A stretch of DNA of 44,365 nt from a virus, in UHGV virus genome UHGV-1373966; one strand, written 5' to 3'. Shown here piece by piece: positions 8,953-18,973 of this stretch. Positions within the stretch are counted from its first letter, which is position 1. Each line of letters starts with the position of its first letter. Both the position numbers and the translations under genes were made by a program. The notes under the pieces are model-generated. The model searched no databases, was not told the DNA's origin, and worked only from the letters and a program-made list of their open reading frames with translations.

Positions 8953-9275
8953 TCCCCTTTCGCATTTTGATACCGCCTTGCAGCCCCTCTGGCCTTTGCG
9001 GCCTGCTCACGGCTCCACTTGGCAATCTGTAATCTCTCATTCAGCGGGCGCAGGTCATTTTCCTTGCAAAAATCGCTGTACGCCTTATTCTGCCGCGACA
9101 GCAGATAAGACTTTCTATCAAGCGCCTGCTGAAGCTCAAACTTCGCCGCTTCATCCTGGCACTTTTCAACAGCCTCTTGCAGCCCCATGACCTCACGTTT
9201 GGTCTTGCGCACCCGGCGCTCTAATGCCCGCTGGCGCTGCTCTAGCTTCTCCATGCGGACATTATCGGCAGTCAT
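8949..9275 (-). CDS. hypothetical coiled-coil protein
   Basis: 108 aa R/E/Q/K-rich helical; 4-nt overlap with the upstream gene. Confidence 0.35.
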   Translation of the reverse strand: MTADNVRMEKLEQRQRALERRVRKTKREVMGLQEAVEKCQDEAAKFELQQALDRKSYLLSRQNKAYSDFCKENDLRPLNERLQIAKWSREQAAKARGAARRYQNAKGE

Positions 9276-9422
9276 TATATCTTTATAGGGATTCTCTTGC
9301 CCCTCATAGTACGGGCCGAAGCTATGTCTGCAATTAGCCTTGTAGGGCTCCGCAGATACCGTCCACCTTGCCCCAACCGCATGTTTCTACGAAATCAGGA
9401 TAATGTGTATGTACTGCGTCAC

Positions 9423-10247
9423 TCATTCGACCACCTTCTTTCTATGTGAAAACTCTTTATGGATAGGCTCGTTTAATGCTCTATGAATATCCCATCCAAG
9501 TCTATGTATTCTTGTGAAAAGTGTCTTGTTTCCAATTCCATATAATTCTGCCCATTCTGATAAAGTATGTACTTCTCCATTATATTCAATAAAGTCATTT
9601 CTTCTTGTGTTATTCATCTGAACCTTTCTATTCACCCAGCGGCAGTTAGAAGGCTCATAATTTCCATTGACATCTATCCTGTCTATTGTAAGTTGTTCAG
9701 AATATCCATTTTTCTTAGACCAATTATAGAAATTCAAAAACCCCTTTTCTTCATCAAGCCATTCATCACATATTTTTATTCCTCGTCCTCCATAATTGGA
9801 GTATTCTGGACATTCTTTGTGGTAACATCTTGTTTTCATCCCTTTATATATTTTGTTAATCCTACTCCTCGAAAGTCCATGAATGTATTTTAATTCTTTG
9901 TTAATACATCCGCACGATTTCGTGTGTCCTGACGAAAGATGGTATTGGTCTACAACCGTCTCATTTCCGCAATCACATTTACATAACCATTTTCTACTTC
10001 CACTCTTGGATTTTCCGACAATTTTTTCGGCTACAAGTTTTCCGAACCTCATCCCTGTCAAATCTTTTATTTGTGCGCAGCCACAACTTTTTGTACTGCC
10101 ATTATTCAAACATCCAGCGCTAACGAAGGTATAATTTCCGCAATCGCACAAGCATTTCCACTTAAGAACTTTTTGGGAAACCCTCATGCACTCTATAGCA
10201 ACCAACTTTCCAAATCGCTTTCCTGTCAAGTCTTTGTATTTTCCCAT
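9423..10247 (-). CDS. Cys-rich zinc-ribbon-repeat protein with AP2/HNH-like C-terminus (paralog of 4260..5237)
   Basis: two repeats of LTG.RFGKLV.....W.C.CDCGN....L.SGHTKSCGC, then CDEWL..F..F..W....GY...LTIDRIDVNGNYEPSNCRWV; AT-rich. Confidence 0.5.
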   Translation of the reverse strand: MGKYKDLTGKRFGKLVAIECMRVSQKVLKWKCLCDCGNYTFVSAGCLNNGSTKSCGCAQIKDLTGMRFGKLVAEKIVGKSKSGSRKWLCKCDCGNETVVDQYHLSSGHTKSCGCINKELKYIHGLSRSRINKIYKGMKTRCYHKECPEYSNYGGRGIKICDEWLDEEKGFLNFYNWSKKNGYSEQLTIDRIDVNGNYEPSNCRWVNRKVQMNNTRRNDFIEYNGEVHTLSEWAELYGIGNKTLFTRIHRLGWDIHRALNEPIHKEFSHRKKVVE

Positions 10248-10263
10248 GCTTTTACCTCATTTG

Positions 10264-10340
10264 TTTATTTCAACTTATTTCAATTTATTTTACCACAAAA
10301 TGAAAGTAATTGCAATAAACAAAAATATATGGTATCCTAT
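10264..10340 (+). promoter_or_regulatory. candidate promoter/operator of the RHH gene: TTGCAA -17- TATCCT plus upstream tandem TTATTTCAA repeats
   Basis: tttatttcaacttatttcaatttatttt direct repeats at 10264..10295; -35/-10-like hexamers at 10310..10338. Confidence 0.3.
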
Positions 10341-10359
10341 TCTCAAAGGAGGATATTAT

Positions 10360-10524
10360 ATGGTATCTAACAGAGGATTAAAAAACCGCACTGCCATTTC
10401 TACATCTATTGACAAGGAATTATATGCTAAGCTAAAAGCGTATTCAGAAGAAACCGGAATACCATTAAGCAAATTGTTTGATAAGGCAATAACCGCATAC
10501 TTGGAGGCTATCAAGAGGGAGTAG
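10360..10524 (+). CDS. ribbon-helix-helix (Arc/CopG-like) DNA-binding protein
   Basis: AAAGGAGG RBS + ATG; 54 aa MVSNRGLKNRTAISTSIDKELYAKLKAYSEETGIPLSKLF... Confidence 0.5.
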   Translation: MVSNRGLKNRTAISTSIDKELYAKLKAYSEETGIPLSKLFDKAITAYLEAIKRE

Positions 10525-11329
10525 AATCCCTCTTTCTTGTTCCGTATATGTCCACTTTATTCCAGTCAACCGAATAAACAGCGGATTGCCAGTATAAGTG
10601 ATTTGTATGGTCTGGCCCTCCGCTTCCCGTTCTGGCTCCTATGTGACCTGATACCAAACAAAGCCCTACTTCCATTTCCTTCATTCTCGCTAAGGTTATT
10701 TGCCCACACGCTTGTGAAATTCCGGTTCTTACTACCATAGCTGTTGCCGCTTCTATTGTCATTTCTCGCCCGGATGGGTACTTTATTTTCACGCCATTCT
10801 CGCATACTTCATTCACACATTCTCTTACTGCTTGTGAGTACGAAATAGCACCAGAGGAAACTAAATTATACGCCCTGTCACACTGATTTATGAAAGTCTT
10901 TTGCGCTTCATTGGCCGTCGTCCTTGTCATATTCTTCCAGCTATTTAAAGTAACATTGTAATTCCGTTCCATCAGCCGGATAAGCGCCGGGGATTGCGTC
11001 AGCGGCATAGGGGACAGTCCGGCAGCTTGGTATATCTTATCGTCATATTTCAAAGCCTTGATTCCCGCCTCCTCCATAGCCGCTTTGATTTCTTTTTCCT
11101 GTCGCTTAGTGATTTTGGATAACTCTGCCGTTATGTCCTCCAGCAGATATCCTGCATCCTGCAATATCTGTATTCGCCATCGGTCAGAGGAGGTGAGCAG
11201 GTAATCATCGCCGCGGCCTATGCGTATCATCATGCGGTCTATTATCTGACGGATAATGTATGTATGAAGCTGTGAGGCTATTTCTTCGCTTCCTTCTGCG
11301 ATTCTTGCAAGGTAATCAGGGCTTAACAT
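10511..11329 (-). CDS. head morphogenesis protein (SPP1 gp7 / Mu F-like minor capsid)
   Basis: 272 aa directly downstream of the portal gene; composition and position typical. Confidence 0.55.
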   Translation of the reverse strand: MLSPDYLARIAEGSEEIASQLHTYIIRQIIDRMMIRIGRGDDYLLTSSDRWRIQILQDAGYLLEDITAELSKITKRQEKEIKAAMEEAGIKALKYDDKIYQAAGLSPMPLTQSPALIRLMERNYNVTLNSWKNMTRTTANEAQKTFINQCDRAYNLVSSGAISYSQAVRECVNEVCENGVKIKYPSGREMTIEAATAMVVRTGISQACGQITLARMKEMEVGLCLVSGHIGARTGSGGPDHTNHLYWQSAVYSVDWNKVDIYGTRKRDSTPS

Positions 11330-11435
11330 TTACTCTTCCTTCTTTCCCTTATGTCTAATCGACCATTCAAATACTTTCGGGGCAAATGGACCAAGTGGTA
11401 TATTGAATACTATCCAAATTAATAAGCTTCTCAAT

Positions 11436-12869
11436 TTATTCCTCCTCAAACATCCTAGGTCCATCCTTCGGCTGTGCTTCCTTTACCATAGCTTTTGCAT
11501 CTTCTTCAGATAATCCTTCAAACTTCCGAAAATACATCCAGGCCGGCACCTTTCCCTGCACAACATACTGCCACCATCTTGCCCGGTCCTCTTCACGGTT
11601 GTATGTAATGTCCCCAAAATCATATGTTATTTCGTAGTTTCCGGCTGGTGCCAGTCCGTACAGGTCAGCATATACATTGAGCGCATATATTGCCCCGTCA
11701 AGACAACTTTCCAGTTTGTCGCGCACATCCTTGATTAGCTGTATGGTTCTCCTGTCGTCAGCCTCTACCTGTGTGGCTGTGACCATTCCTGTTTTTTCAT
11801 CAAGCACAAAATACCCATTGGAATATCCACACTTAAATCCCACAAATGAGAGTAGGTTGTTTATTCCGGTAATTCTGATATCAGTATTCAACGATGGAAC
11901 AATCTCCTGATAGAAAGACTCTGTTCCATTTCCAAATACATTTTTAACATAATGAGGAAGCTTTTCATTGCTCATGCCAGCATAACGACCTTTAATGTTT
12001 GTACCGCTTCCAAACATCAGCTGGTCGTCTGCCAATATAATCTTCTCACTGTCAAATATTTCACCCACGTTTCGGCTGTATGCTATATCAAGGTCCTTTA
12101 ATTCTTCTATGGCCTCGGCATATATTGGTAATCCCAAAGGTGATGAAATATCTAAATTATTAGCCTGTGGAGTGCGGAGTATGCCAAACATGGGACCATC
12201 TATTTTCTCATTGTTTGCTTTAAGTATGGGTGGAGTCTCTGGAAGTAAGTCGGACCACTTAGTCCTACTTAATGCTATCGGGTCCCCCACACTTTTTGCA
12301 GAGCGAGACACATAGGCTCTATTGGATATGTAATATGGGTAATAGGTGTTTTCCCCATCCTTGACCTCGACAAACCGATGATACTCAAACCGGGTATAAT
12401 ACTTATCATTTTCGCTGTAGCTATCCTTGAACACAATCCCATAGATACCTTCATTGTCGCAATCCGTAATAATAAAATCCATAGCTGTGAATATGTCCAG
12501 TCCCTTACCATTTGGCTTAAGGATGATTGTGCCGTAGGCCATACCATATTCTACCCAGTGACGAATCTGGAAATATATCTTATCAATCTGCTCCTGGAGC
12601 CATGCCGCCCGAGCGCTCCCATCAATCTGTATTCCGATTGCCAGGGTAGCAAGCCGGGCCGTCTCTGAGCAAATAGCTTTTGCGAAATTGATTGTCTTAA
12701 CGTTATCGTCAGCATTCACCCAATAGGGAGTACCCCTGTAGATATTGGCGCACTCTGCAATCTTGCTTTCCATCTCCGGGGATACTACTGACTCAACATT
12801 AAAATCTTCTTCTGCCTGTCGCTTGAATATCATTCCTATCACCTTTTTAGCCCATGTTATTAGTCCCAT
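11436..12869 (-). CDS. portal protein (SPP1 gp6-like)
   Basis: 477 aa downstream of the terminase; size and position. Confidence 0.65.
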   Translation of the reverse strand: MGLITWAKKVIGMIFKRQAEEDFNVESVVSPEMESKIAECANIYRGTPYWVNADDNVKTINFAKAICSETARLATLAIGIQIDGSARAAWLQEQIDKIYFQIRHWVEYGMAYGTIILKPNGKGLDIFTAMDFIITDCDNEGIYGIVFKDSYSENDKYYTRFEYHRFVEVKDGENTYYPYYISNRAYVSRSAKSVGDPIALSRTKWSDLLPETPPILKANNEKIDGPMFGILRTPQANNLDISSPLGLPIYAEAIEELKDLDIAYSRNVGEIFDSEKIILADDQLMFGSGTNIKGRYAGMSNEKLPHYVKNVFGNGTESFYQEIVPSLNTDIRITGINNLLSFVGFKCGYSNGYFVLDEKTGMVTATQVEADDRRTIQLIKDVRDKLESCLDGAIYALNVYADLYGLAPAGNYEITYDFGDITYNREEDRARWWQYVVQGKVPAWMYFRKFEGLSEEDAKAMVKEAQPKDGPRMFEEE

Positions 12870-12873
12870 TTAA

Positions 12874-13095
12874 TCACCTATATCTTGCGCAATTATCAAT
12901 ATAGCTCAAAGGTAACAATACCGATTGTTCCTTTAATATCTGTCTCTGCAATCCTTTAGGTGTATAGATGCAGTTTGATATCAATTCATTTATTCCTTGC
13001 CGTATAACGCATTCCTCTGTGTATGAATGACCAGGGGAAATATCAACATACTTTTTTAGAAATTGTCCTACTCGCTTTTTGCTATATTCTGTCAT
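12874..13095 (-). CDS. small hypothetical protein
   Basis: 73 aa ORF between the large terminase and portal genes. Confidence 0.3.
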   Translation of the reverse strand: MTEYSKKRVGQFLKKYVDISPGHSYTEECVIRQGINELISNCIYTPKGLQRQILKEQSVLLPLSYIDNCARYR

Positions 13096-13929
13096 GCACT
13101 GTTCCCCCTTCTCATTGACAACGGGCTTGTAGCATAACGGAGAGCGTCAATCCAGTGGTCGTTCCCATCTGGATAATCTGCTATCACTTCGCCATTGCTA
13201 TCAACCTCATGCTCATATTCTATGATTTCCTTGTATGCCCGTGGCGTACGTGCCGGGTCTATAACGATTGTACGGCACTGCAACCACTCAAAGGTATATT
13301 TCCTGCTTCCTGGCGTTACAATGGCTCTGCGGGCCGGTAAACCAGCGTCACGGAAGTCTATAATGCTTTCTTCTTCATCCACTCCGCAATAGATTGTATA
13401 ATCATCGTACCCAGCCGTCTGTATATCCTCCGCCATCTTACTGTTACGAATTTTGCAGCCTCCCATTTCATCAAGCAGCACAACCATTTCCTTGTTCGGT
13501 ATGTATGCAGCCCGGATAAATGCTTTTGGGTCCGGGAACCATCCCCAGTCCTGTCCCTGGTAAACGCTTTGGTATCCCTTGATTTCATCATCTGTAATGG
13601 TCCGTATATCCAGCATGTCAAATATATTTGTACCAAGCCCAACAGGTAATCCTAAATACTCATGGTTATATGCCCGCTCATTGGTAGTCTTAAGATGTTC
13701 TGCGCGCTCAATAAACATTTCTCCTAACCATTCTTCCGGTACAGAACGGTAATCGCTTTTATGCCTGCATGCGCTATCATCCGGCGTATTTACATACTGA
13801 TTAGCCCAGTTGCTTTGACTGATAGGAGGGTTAAATGATTTAAATACAACAAACTTGCTTCCGCCACGCAATACTGACTGTTCAACAGTTCGTATTTCCT
13901 CCGGTCCTGCAAATTCGTCCAGTTCTTCA
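13092..13929 (-). CDS. terL: terminase large subunit, exon 2 (nuclease domain)
   Basis: frame opens after a TAA at about 13938; begins ...FEELDEFAG..LRG..FNPP and ends DGNDHWIDALRYA (terminase nuclease motifs). Confidence 0.6.
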
Positions 13930-14779
13930 CAATTTTGTTACGCATATACCGTTTCCGTATACACTCACCATATTACTATGGTGTTCAGACTATATCATGT
14001 AAATGGAATCTGTTACCAATTCCACTCACCCCACTTTTTCAACCTCACTCGAGGCTTACTCTACTCGTTCTCAGTTATAGATTTCTCTATAACCTACCTT
14101 TCGATAGTCGTTGCACATTATTATTCGACATTCTTATAGCTTTTTCTTCTTACGCATTTATCAATTACAGAAGGACTTACATTATATTTTTTTGCTAGAG
14201 CGTTCATTCCAAACTCTTTATCATGTCCCTTATAAATTCTGCGAATTTCTCTCACTTCATCTTCGCTCAAAACATGATTCCCTTGTAAATATCCTCGAAC
14301 TGGCTTTTTTAAGCCATTTGCATAAGCATGCTGCATTTGCTCCTCGCGGGTAGCCCATTCTAAATTGTCTGCGTTGTTATTGGATTTATCTCCATCAATG
14401 TGATTAACTGTAGGTTTATTTTCTGGGTTATTAACAAAAGCCTCAGCCACAAGCCTATTTGCTCGCTTTGTGTACTGTTTGCCATTCATGCACAAGTTGT
14501 ACCATACATAACCATCATGCGATACTCTTTGCTTTAAAATGACTTCTCGGCCATGCTTATGGCTTTTTACCCTTCCTGTATTGCTAATCTCATAGTCCTC
14601 AAACCCTTTAATAATTCTCCAAATTTCTTTCATGGTATTTTCTCCTTAAATTCGTTTATTATATTGTACCATAAAAGATGAATTTATTAAATATTATGTC
14701 GAATAATCTTTGCTCAGGATTGTCCTATTTTGTAGGAGTTTCCCTGAATTTAATGGGTTTAACGTGGTCAGAAGTGTTT
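13930..14779 (-). mobile_element. group I intron (about 850 nt) carrying an HNH homing endonuclease, inserted in terL
   Basis: exon 1 ends ...TGGTT (U) and exon 2 starts after an intron-terminal G, giving spliced ...KYLWFEELDEF matching the terminase consensus W-F-E-E; free-standing ORF inside. Confidence 0.55.
14121..14633 (-). CDS. intron-encoded HNH homing endonuclease (NUMOD/HNH_3 type)
   Basis: VNHIDGDKSNNNADNLEWAT HNH motif; AAGGAG RBS; 170 aa. Confidence 0.7.
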   Translation of the reverse strand: MKEIWRIIKGFEDYEISNTGRVKSHKHGREVILKQRVSHDGYVWYNLCMNGKQYTKRANRLVAEAFVNNPENKPTVNHIDGDKSNNNADNLEWATREEQMQHAYANGLKKPVRGYLQGNHVLSEDEVREIRRIYKGHDKEFGMNALAKKYNVSPSVIDKCVRRKSYKNVE

Positions 14780-15201
14780 AACCACAAATATTTGAAGTAT
14801 CCCTTACTAGCTTTAATTGACTTTGTTTTCTTTGCCTTATCAAGTCCACGGAATATTATCTTTTGTCCTGTTGGCTTATAAACGAATCTGTATGGGCTTG
14901 TACGGGATTCCCATAAATCTGTTACTCCTAATGCGTCTATCGCCCACTGTATCTGTTCAAATACTGATTCTCCGATGGTTACGGCGTACTTACGAAACAC
15001 TACCGCATTGGCCTCTGGGTCATCCATCATTCCCAGTATGATTTCAACGGATATGAAAGAGGACTTTGTGGAACCGCGCCCACCGTAAAGGTCATAATAT
15101 GTATGTTTACCTTCAAGGATATCCCAATGAACATCATAGAAGGACGGAGCGATTACATCAGTCAGATTTATTGTTGTCTGGTCTTGGTATGTTGTTGACA
15201 A
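14780..15201 (-). CDS. terL: terminase large subunit, exon 1 (ATPase domain)
   Basis: Walker A YGGRGSTKSSF; its in-frame stop lies inside the intron. Confidence 0.6.
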
Positions 15202-15556
15202 TGGTAATCCCGCCGCCCTCCTGCTTCTTGTCTGTATCTATTTTACGCTTTGCCAGTTCCACCGCCGCTTTGGTCCTCTCTGCCAGCGGAGCATCAAGTC
15301 CGAATTGGTCTTTTACTTCTCCGCGCATTACAGACGTAAGGTATTGCAGTATTTCAGCGGCATCAGCTATGCGGCAATCATCAATCTGTTTCTGTCGCTC
15401 GGAGATATATGCAGAAACCGTAGGCTTCCGTAAGTTTTCACGCCCTATTGCGTCTGCTGTCCGTAAGCTGTAACCAGCCTTTCTCGCAGCTTCTGCCGCA
15501 TTCCCGCACTCTATGTAATAATCTGCAAACGCTTTCTGCTTCGGTGTAAGCTCCAC
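15158..15556 (-). CDS. terS: terminase small subunit
   Basis: LTPKQKAFADYYIECGNAAEAARKAGYS N-terminal HTH typical of TerS (P27 family); overlaps the start of terL. Confidence 0.65.
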   Translation of the reverse strand: MELTPKQKAFADYYIECGNAAEAARKAGYSLRTADAIGRENLRKPTVSAYISERQKQIDDCRIADAAEILQYLTSVMRGEVKDQFGLDAPLAERTKAAVELAKRKIDTDKKQEGGGITIVNNIPRPDNNKSD

Positions 15557-15748
15557 TTAATCGCCATCCTGTTCTATATCGCTTTCAAGCCATTCAATTA
15601 ATTGTTCTTTTGTCCATGCGACAGATGCACTTTCTCCAATATTCATAATTATATCGGCAGCTGATTCTATATCGGAACATATTTTATCAAAATTAGTTTT
15701 TATTATTTTTCCCATCCCTTCACCGCCTCCCATATCTCCTGCAAGCAC
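15557..15748 (-). CDS. small hypothetical protein
   Basis: 63 aa ORF abutting terS. Confidence 0.25.
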   Translation of the reverse strand: MLAGDMGGGEGMGKIIKTNFDKICSDIESAADIIMNIGESASVAWTKEQLIEWLESDIEQDGD

Positions 15749-16014
15749 TTTACAACCTCAATCCCCGATGCACTCCGCAGTATCTCATAATCCCTGATTT
15801 TCCACCCTCCATGCTTATCCTGCTGTAGCACAGGGGTGGTTAATATCCATATGGTTATCATGCGCCCCTGTTCCTCGCTGTAGAATTGATTGGTGGATAT
15901 CTTGATTACAAGTCTGGTCTGCAATATGGCACGCTGGAGCTTTTTCATGATTGAACTAAGATTCATCTTTGCTTTCTTCCTCACGGTATTCTTTGCATAC
16001 TTCCATGTGTGCAC
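15703..16014 (-). CDS. small hypothetical protein
   Basis: ORF upstream of terS; true start probably internal. Confidence 0.25.
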   Translation of the reverse strand: MHTWKYAKNTVRKKAKMNLSSIMKKLQRAILQTRLVIKISTNQFYSEEQGRMITIWILTTPVLQQDKHGGWKIRDYEILRSASGIEVVKCLQEIWEAVKGWEK

Positions 16015-16589
16015 ACCAGATAGTTGCAGTCGTAGACTTTACCACATTAGATTCCAGCATACTTCTGTATGATGTGACTATATTTTCTGCTTTTGCGTCA
16101 ATGTGAATACAGTTTTCACAGCATTCTTTTAATAGATTAATAATCATATTTTTACCCCATGCGGTATAATAGTCCTATACTAATTTTACCATGCGTGGTT
16201 AATGTAAATCGTCCCCACATTTAAGCGTATCCATCCATTGTTTCTACTTAATTATACCCTTTACCTTATCGTTATTGTGAATACTTGACTGTACCAAATA
16301 TCTGTGCTTTATGCGCTTCTGCCCTAAGGCAACTTTTTGTTTCGTGACAGTACAGTCTGCATTCATCTTCATAACAATCAGCAAATGTATCAAAGGTTTT
16401 TTTGTTTCAACCGTTTTGATTAAATTTGTTTCTTTACGATATGGGCATTTCATTTTTTTATTTCCTCCATTTTCTCCACAATGTTTTCAAGCATTACCAT
16501 ATCTTCATCGGTTAATTTCTTACTGGCTTCTATAACCAATCGTAAGGCATATAAAAACTCTGTTACCCGTATAGTACTATCAGTATTAA

Positions 16590-16898
16590 TCATCCTTTCC
16601 ACCTCCCAAACAATGTCATTAACCTCCTATATTCATCCAGCGTTTTTCTCTGATATCCGTAAAAATCATCCCGCTTAATTGGTATGTTCTTTCTTTTACT
16701 TAGCTTGTCATATCCAATGTTATCTACAAGGCTCTCATATATTTCTACTTCCAGGCCAGGAGCGGAGGATATGGCACACTGGAACAATGTAAGCTTATCT
16801 TCTACGCTGGCGTTCTGGCAGTATTCTTTTATGCGCTTAGCTTCATCATCAGTAATACCATAGTCGCTGTAGTTTTTATATCTGGTTCTCATGTCCAT
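16590..16898 (-). CDS. hypothetical protein
   Basis: 102 aa ORF immediately downstream of the recombinase. Confidence 0.3.
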   Translation of the reverse strand: MDMRTRYKNYSDYGITDDEAKRIKEYCQNASVEDKLTLFQCAISSAPGLEVEIYESLVDNIGYDKLSKRKNIPIKRDDFYGYQRKTLDEYRRLMTLFGRWKG

Positions 16899-16903
16899 CC
16901 TTT

Positions 16904-17950
16904 CTATACTGCCACCATTTCCCTAATGCTACGCAGTCTTCTATTATCAGTCTGAGCATAAAATTTCATTGTTACTTCCGAACTTGCATGTCCAAAAATT
17001 TCCTGTATAATTCCTATCTCTACACCGTGATTTCTAAGATTCATTCCTAATGTTTTTCTAGATTTGTGCGGATAAACCCTGCATGTAAGTCCTGCCCTTT
17101 TTCCTATGGATTTTATTATGGCTCGAAAACCGCAAGTAGTCATTTTCCCATATGGTTTCCTTGAACGCGGAAACATATATGGGCAATCATCTGTCCGATT
17201 GTCTAAGTATAGGCCATAATAATATCTTGCATCATCATCCAAATATATAGTACGGTATCTACCGCCTTTTTCCCCCTGAATTAATACATCTCCTGTTCTC
17301 ATGTCTATCTGGTCCAGGGTTATTTCTGCAATCTCCCCTATCCTGGCCCCAGTACTTCGAAGTACCTCCAGCAAGGCTCTCTCACGGATATTTTTGCACG
17401 CATCCCTTAACCTTGCAGATTCTTCTGGGCTGTAGTAATCAATTGGTTTAATGGGTACTTTTTTAGCTGGTATAGACTCTACCGGATTATCTGTAATAAG
17501 CTTTTCAAGGCGCATCCATGCGAAGAATGCTGACAGAAATCTGCGCTCGTTATTATAGGTACTAGGCTGGTTTTTCTTTCCCCCGGCAGATACATTTCTA
17601 ATTTCATACCGCGATAAATACCAATCAATATCAGTGGTATCCATCTGGTCCAGTGATTTTGTGCTTATCTCTGTCAGCAATCTTCGTATGGCATTAAGAT
17701 AGTTTTGTTTAGTTCCTTTTGCCAAATCGCGTTTTTTAATCAGGAATAATTGTATTATGTACTGATTCCGCTGGCTTATATCATCTTTTCTTTCTGCCGG
17801 AAGAGTAGTTATTTCCTCCATATTTACCCTTACCAATTCCTGCTGCATTACATTTTGCAGAATGGTAAGAGTCTGTTGCTCCATGATATATAAGGACATT
17901 GCTACCAGTACATTGTTGATTATTTCAGCTTTAATTGTCTGTGTACTCAT
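16904..17950 (-). CDS. tyrosine recombinase (second integrase/Xer-like)
   Basis: GAGGAGGAT RBS + ATG at 17950; C-terminal motifs RSTGARIGE, HKSRKTLG, GHASSEVTMKFY(A) (R..H..R..Y catalytic set). Confidence 0.6.
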   Translation of the reverse strand: MSTQTIKAEIINNVLVAMSLYIMEQQTLTILQNVMQQELVRVNMEEITTLPAERKDDISQRNQYIIQLFLIKKRDLAKGTKQNYLNAIRRLLTEISTKSLDQMDTTDIDWYLSRYEIRNVSAGGKKNQPSTYNNERRFLSAFFAWMRLEKLITDNPVESIPAKKVPIKPIDYYSPEESARLRDACKNIRERALLEVLRSTGARIGEIAEITLDQIDMRTGDVLIQGEKGGRYRTIYLDDDARYYYGLYLDNRTDDCPYMFPRSRKPYGKMTTCGFRAIIKSIGKRAGLTCRVYPHKSRKTLGMNLRNHGVEIGIIQEIFGHASSEVTMKFYAQTDNRRLRSIREMVAV

Positions 17951-18021
17951 AATTATATCCTCCTCATTCGTATTGATTTTCACGTCTGAGTGAGATATAA
18001 TATACTCAGACGTATTTACGG

Positions 18022-18070
18022 GAGCGGTGGATTCATCTTGGCGGGTGACCACCGCTCAGTTTTTATTCTG
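18022..18070 (+). terminator. terminator-like hairpin (GAGCGGTGG...CCACCGCTC + AGTTTTTATT), plus-strand orientation
   Basis: perfect 9-bp inverted repeat followed by a T tract; a second 8-bp IR (GTCTGAGT/ACTCAGAC) sits just upstream at 17984..18011. Confidence 0.3.
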
Positions 18071-18616
18071 TGCATATATGTTCCTCTATTTATTTTTCTT
18101 TAGTCGGAAAATTTTAATCTTCGTATGGTTCTATTTTCAGGTATGTTATCCCCCGGATTGTCCCGTTCCCTATTAACACATCAGATGCTGTCAACATCCC
18201 CGATATATCTGCACTTTCTTCCTGTCCTATATCTGCCAGGACAATATCGTCTGGCGGCGCTTTTTTCAGCAGTTCGATTAATTCCCATACCGTCATTGCT
18301 GTCTCCTTCCGAAAATTTTAAATTTTACACCATCCACGACTACAGAAATACTGATTAGAATTAAAATACTTAGTCCAATACTTGCACTTCCAGCATTTCT
18401 TACCTTTCATATCATCCTCCAACTTTCAATTGTCCTTAAAGATTTCCTCTATTGCGTCTTTGTCCTCCTGGTCCTGTTTAGCCTCCATGTAGCATGTATC
18501 ACATAATATAGGACCGCCGTGTATATCTGTCCTTTCGCAACAATCACCGCTGCCGCACATTTCGCAAAAAAAACATACCGCTCCTTCCCGGTTTTCCGCC
18601 GTTAAATGCTAATTTA

Positions 18617-18716
18617 GTGCGGGTGGGGATTTGAACCCCACATAACACGATTTTTTACATAGGGCCTATCAAGTCGTATCTCACCCTCTGAGCGCCTACC
18701 CATTCCGCCACCGCAC
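18617..18716 (-). tRNA. tRNA-like element: canonical acceptor/D-arm and T-arm/acceptor halves but a roughly 50-nt non-canonical central region
   Basis: GTGCGG-TG-GCG-GAATGGGTAGG-CGC...TGGGG-TTCAAAT-CCCCA-CCGCAC; no 5-bp/7-nt anticodon arm can be folded. Confidence 0.3.
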
Positions 18717-18733
18717 ATTTGCTATATCTTAAA

Positions 18734-18973
18734 TTACCATCCAATGATACAATAACCTTCTTTTAGCCCAAACTCCGGTGCATTTCTTAAAACATATTTC
18801 ACGTAACGCCTAACCACTTGGCCTGAGTATCCATAAAAATCATCCCATTCCTCCAAAACAATCAGGTCTCCAATTTGGATGTTGTCCTCGTCTTTCCTGA
18901 TTTCGAAATTTTTCTCTCTGGCTCTTACTGCTTTAAAGTATTTAGAAAGTATCTTCTTTTTGACAACCTTCAT
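18734..18973 (-). CDS. small ASCH/PUA-like protein
   Basis: 79 aa ...KNFEIRKDEDNIQIGDLIVLEEW... Confidence 0.3.
   Translation of the reverse strand: MKVVKKKILSKYFKAVRAREKNFEIRKDEDNIQIGDLIVLEEWDDFYGYSGQVVRRYVKYVLRNAPEFGLKEGYCIIGW

Noticed and set aside
18617-18716. Tried to fold the tRNA-like element as a canonical tRNA (type I, type II or intron-containing)
   Set aside because: No 5-bp stem plus 7-nt loop anticodon arm exists between the D- and T-arms. It is kept only as a tRNA-like or att-related element.
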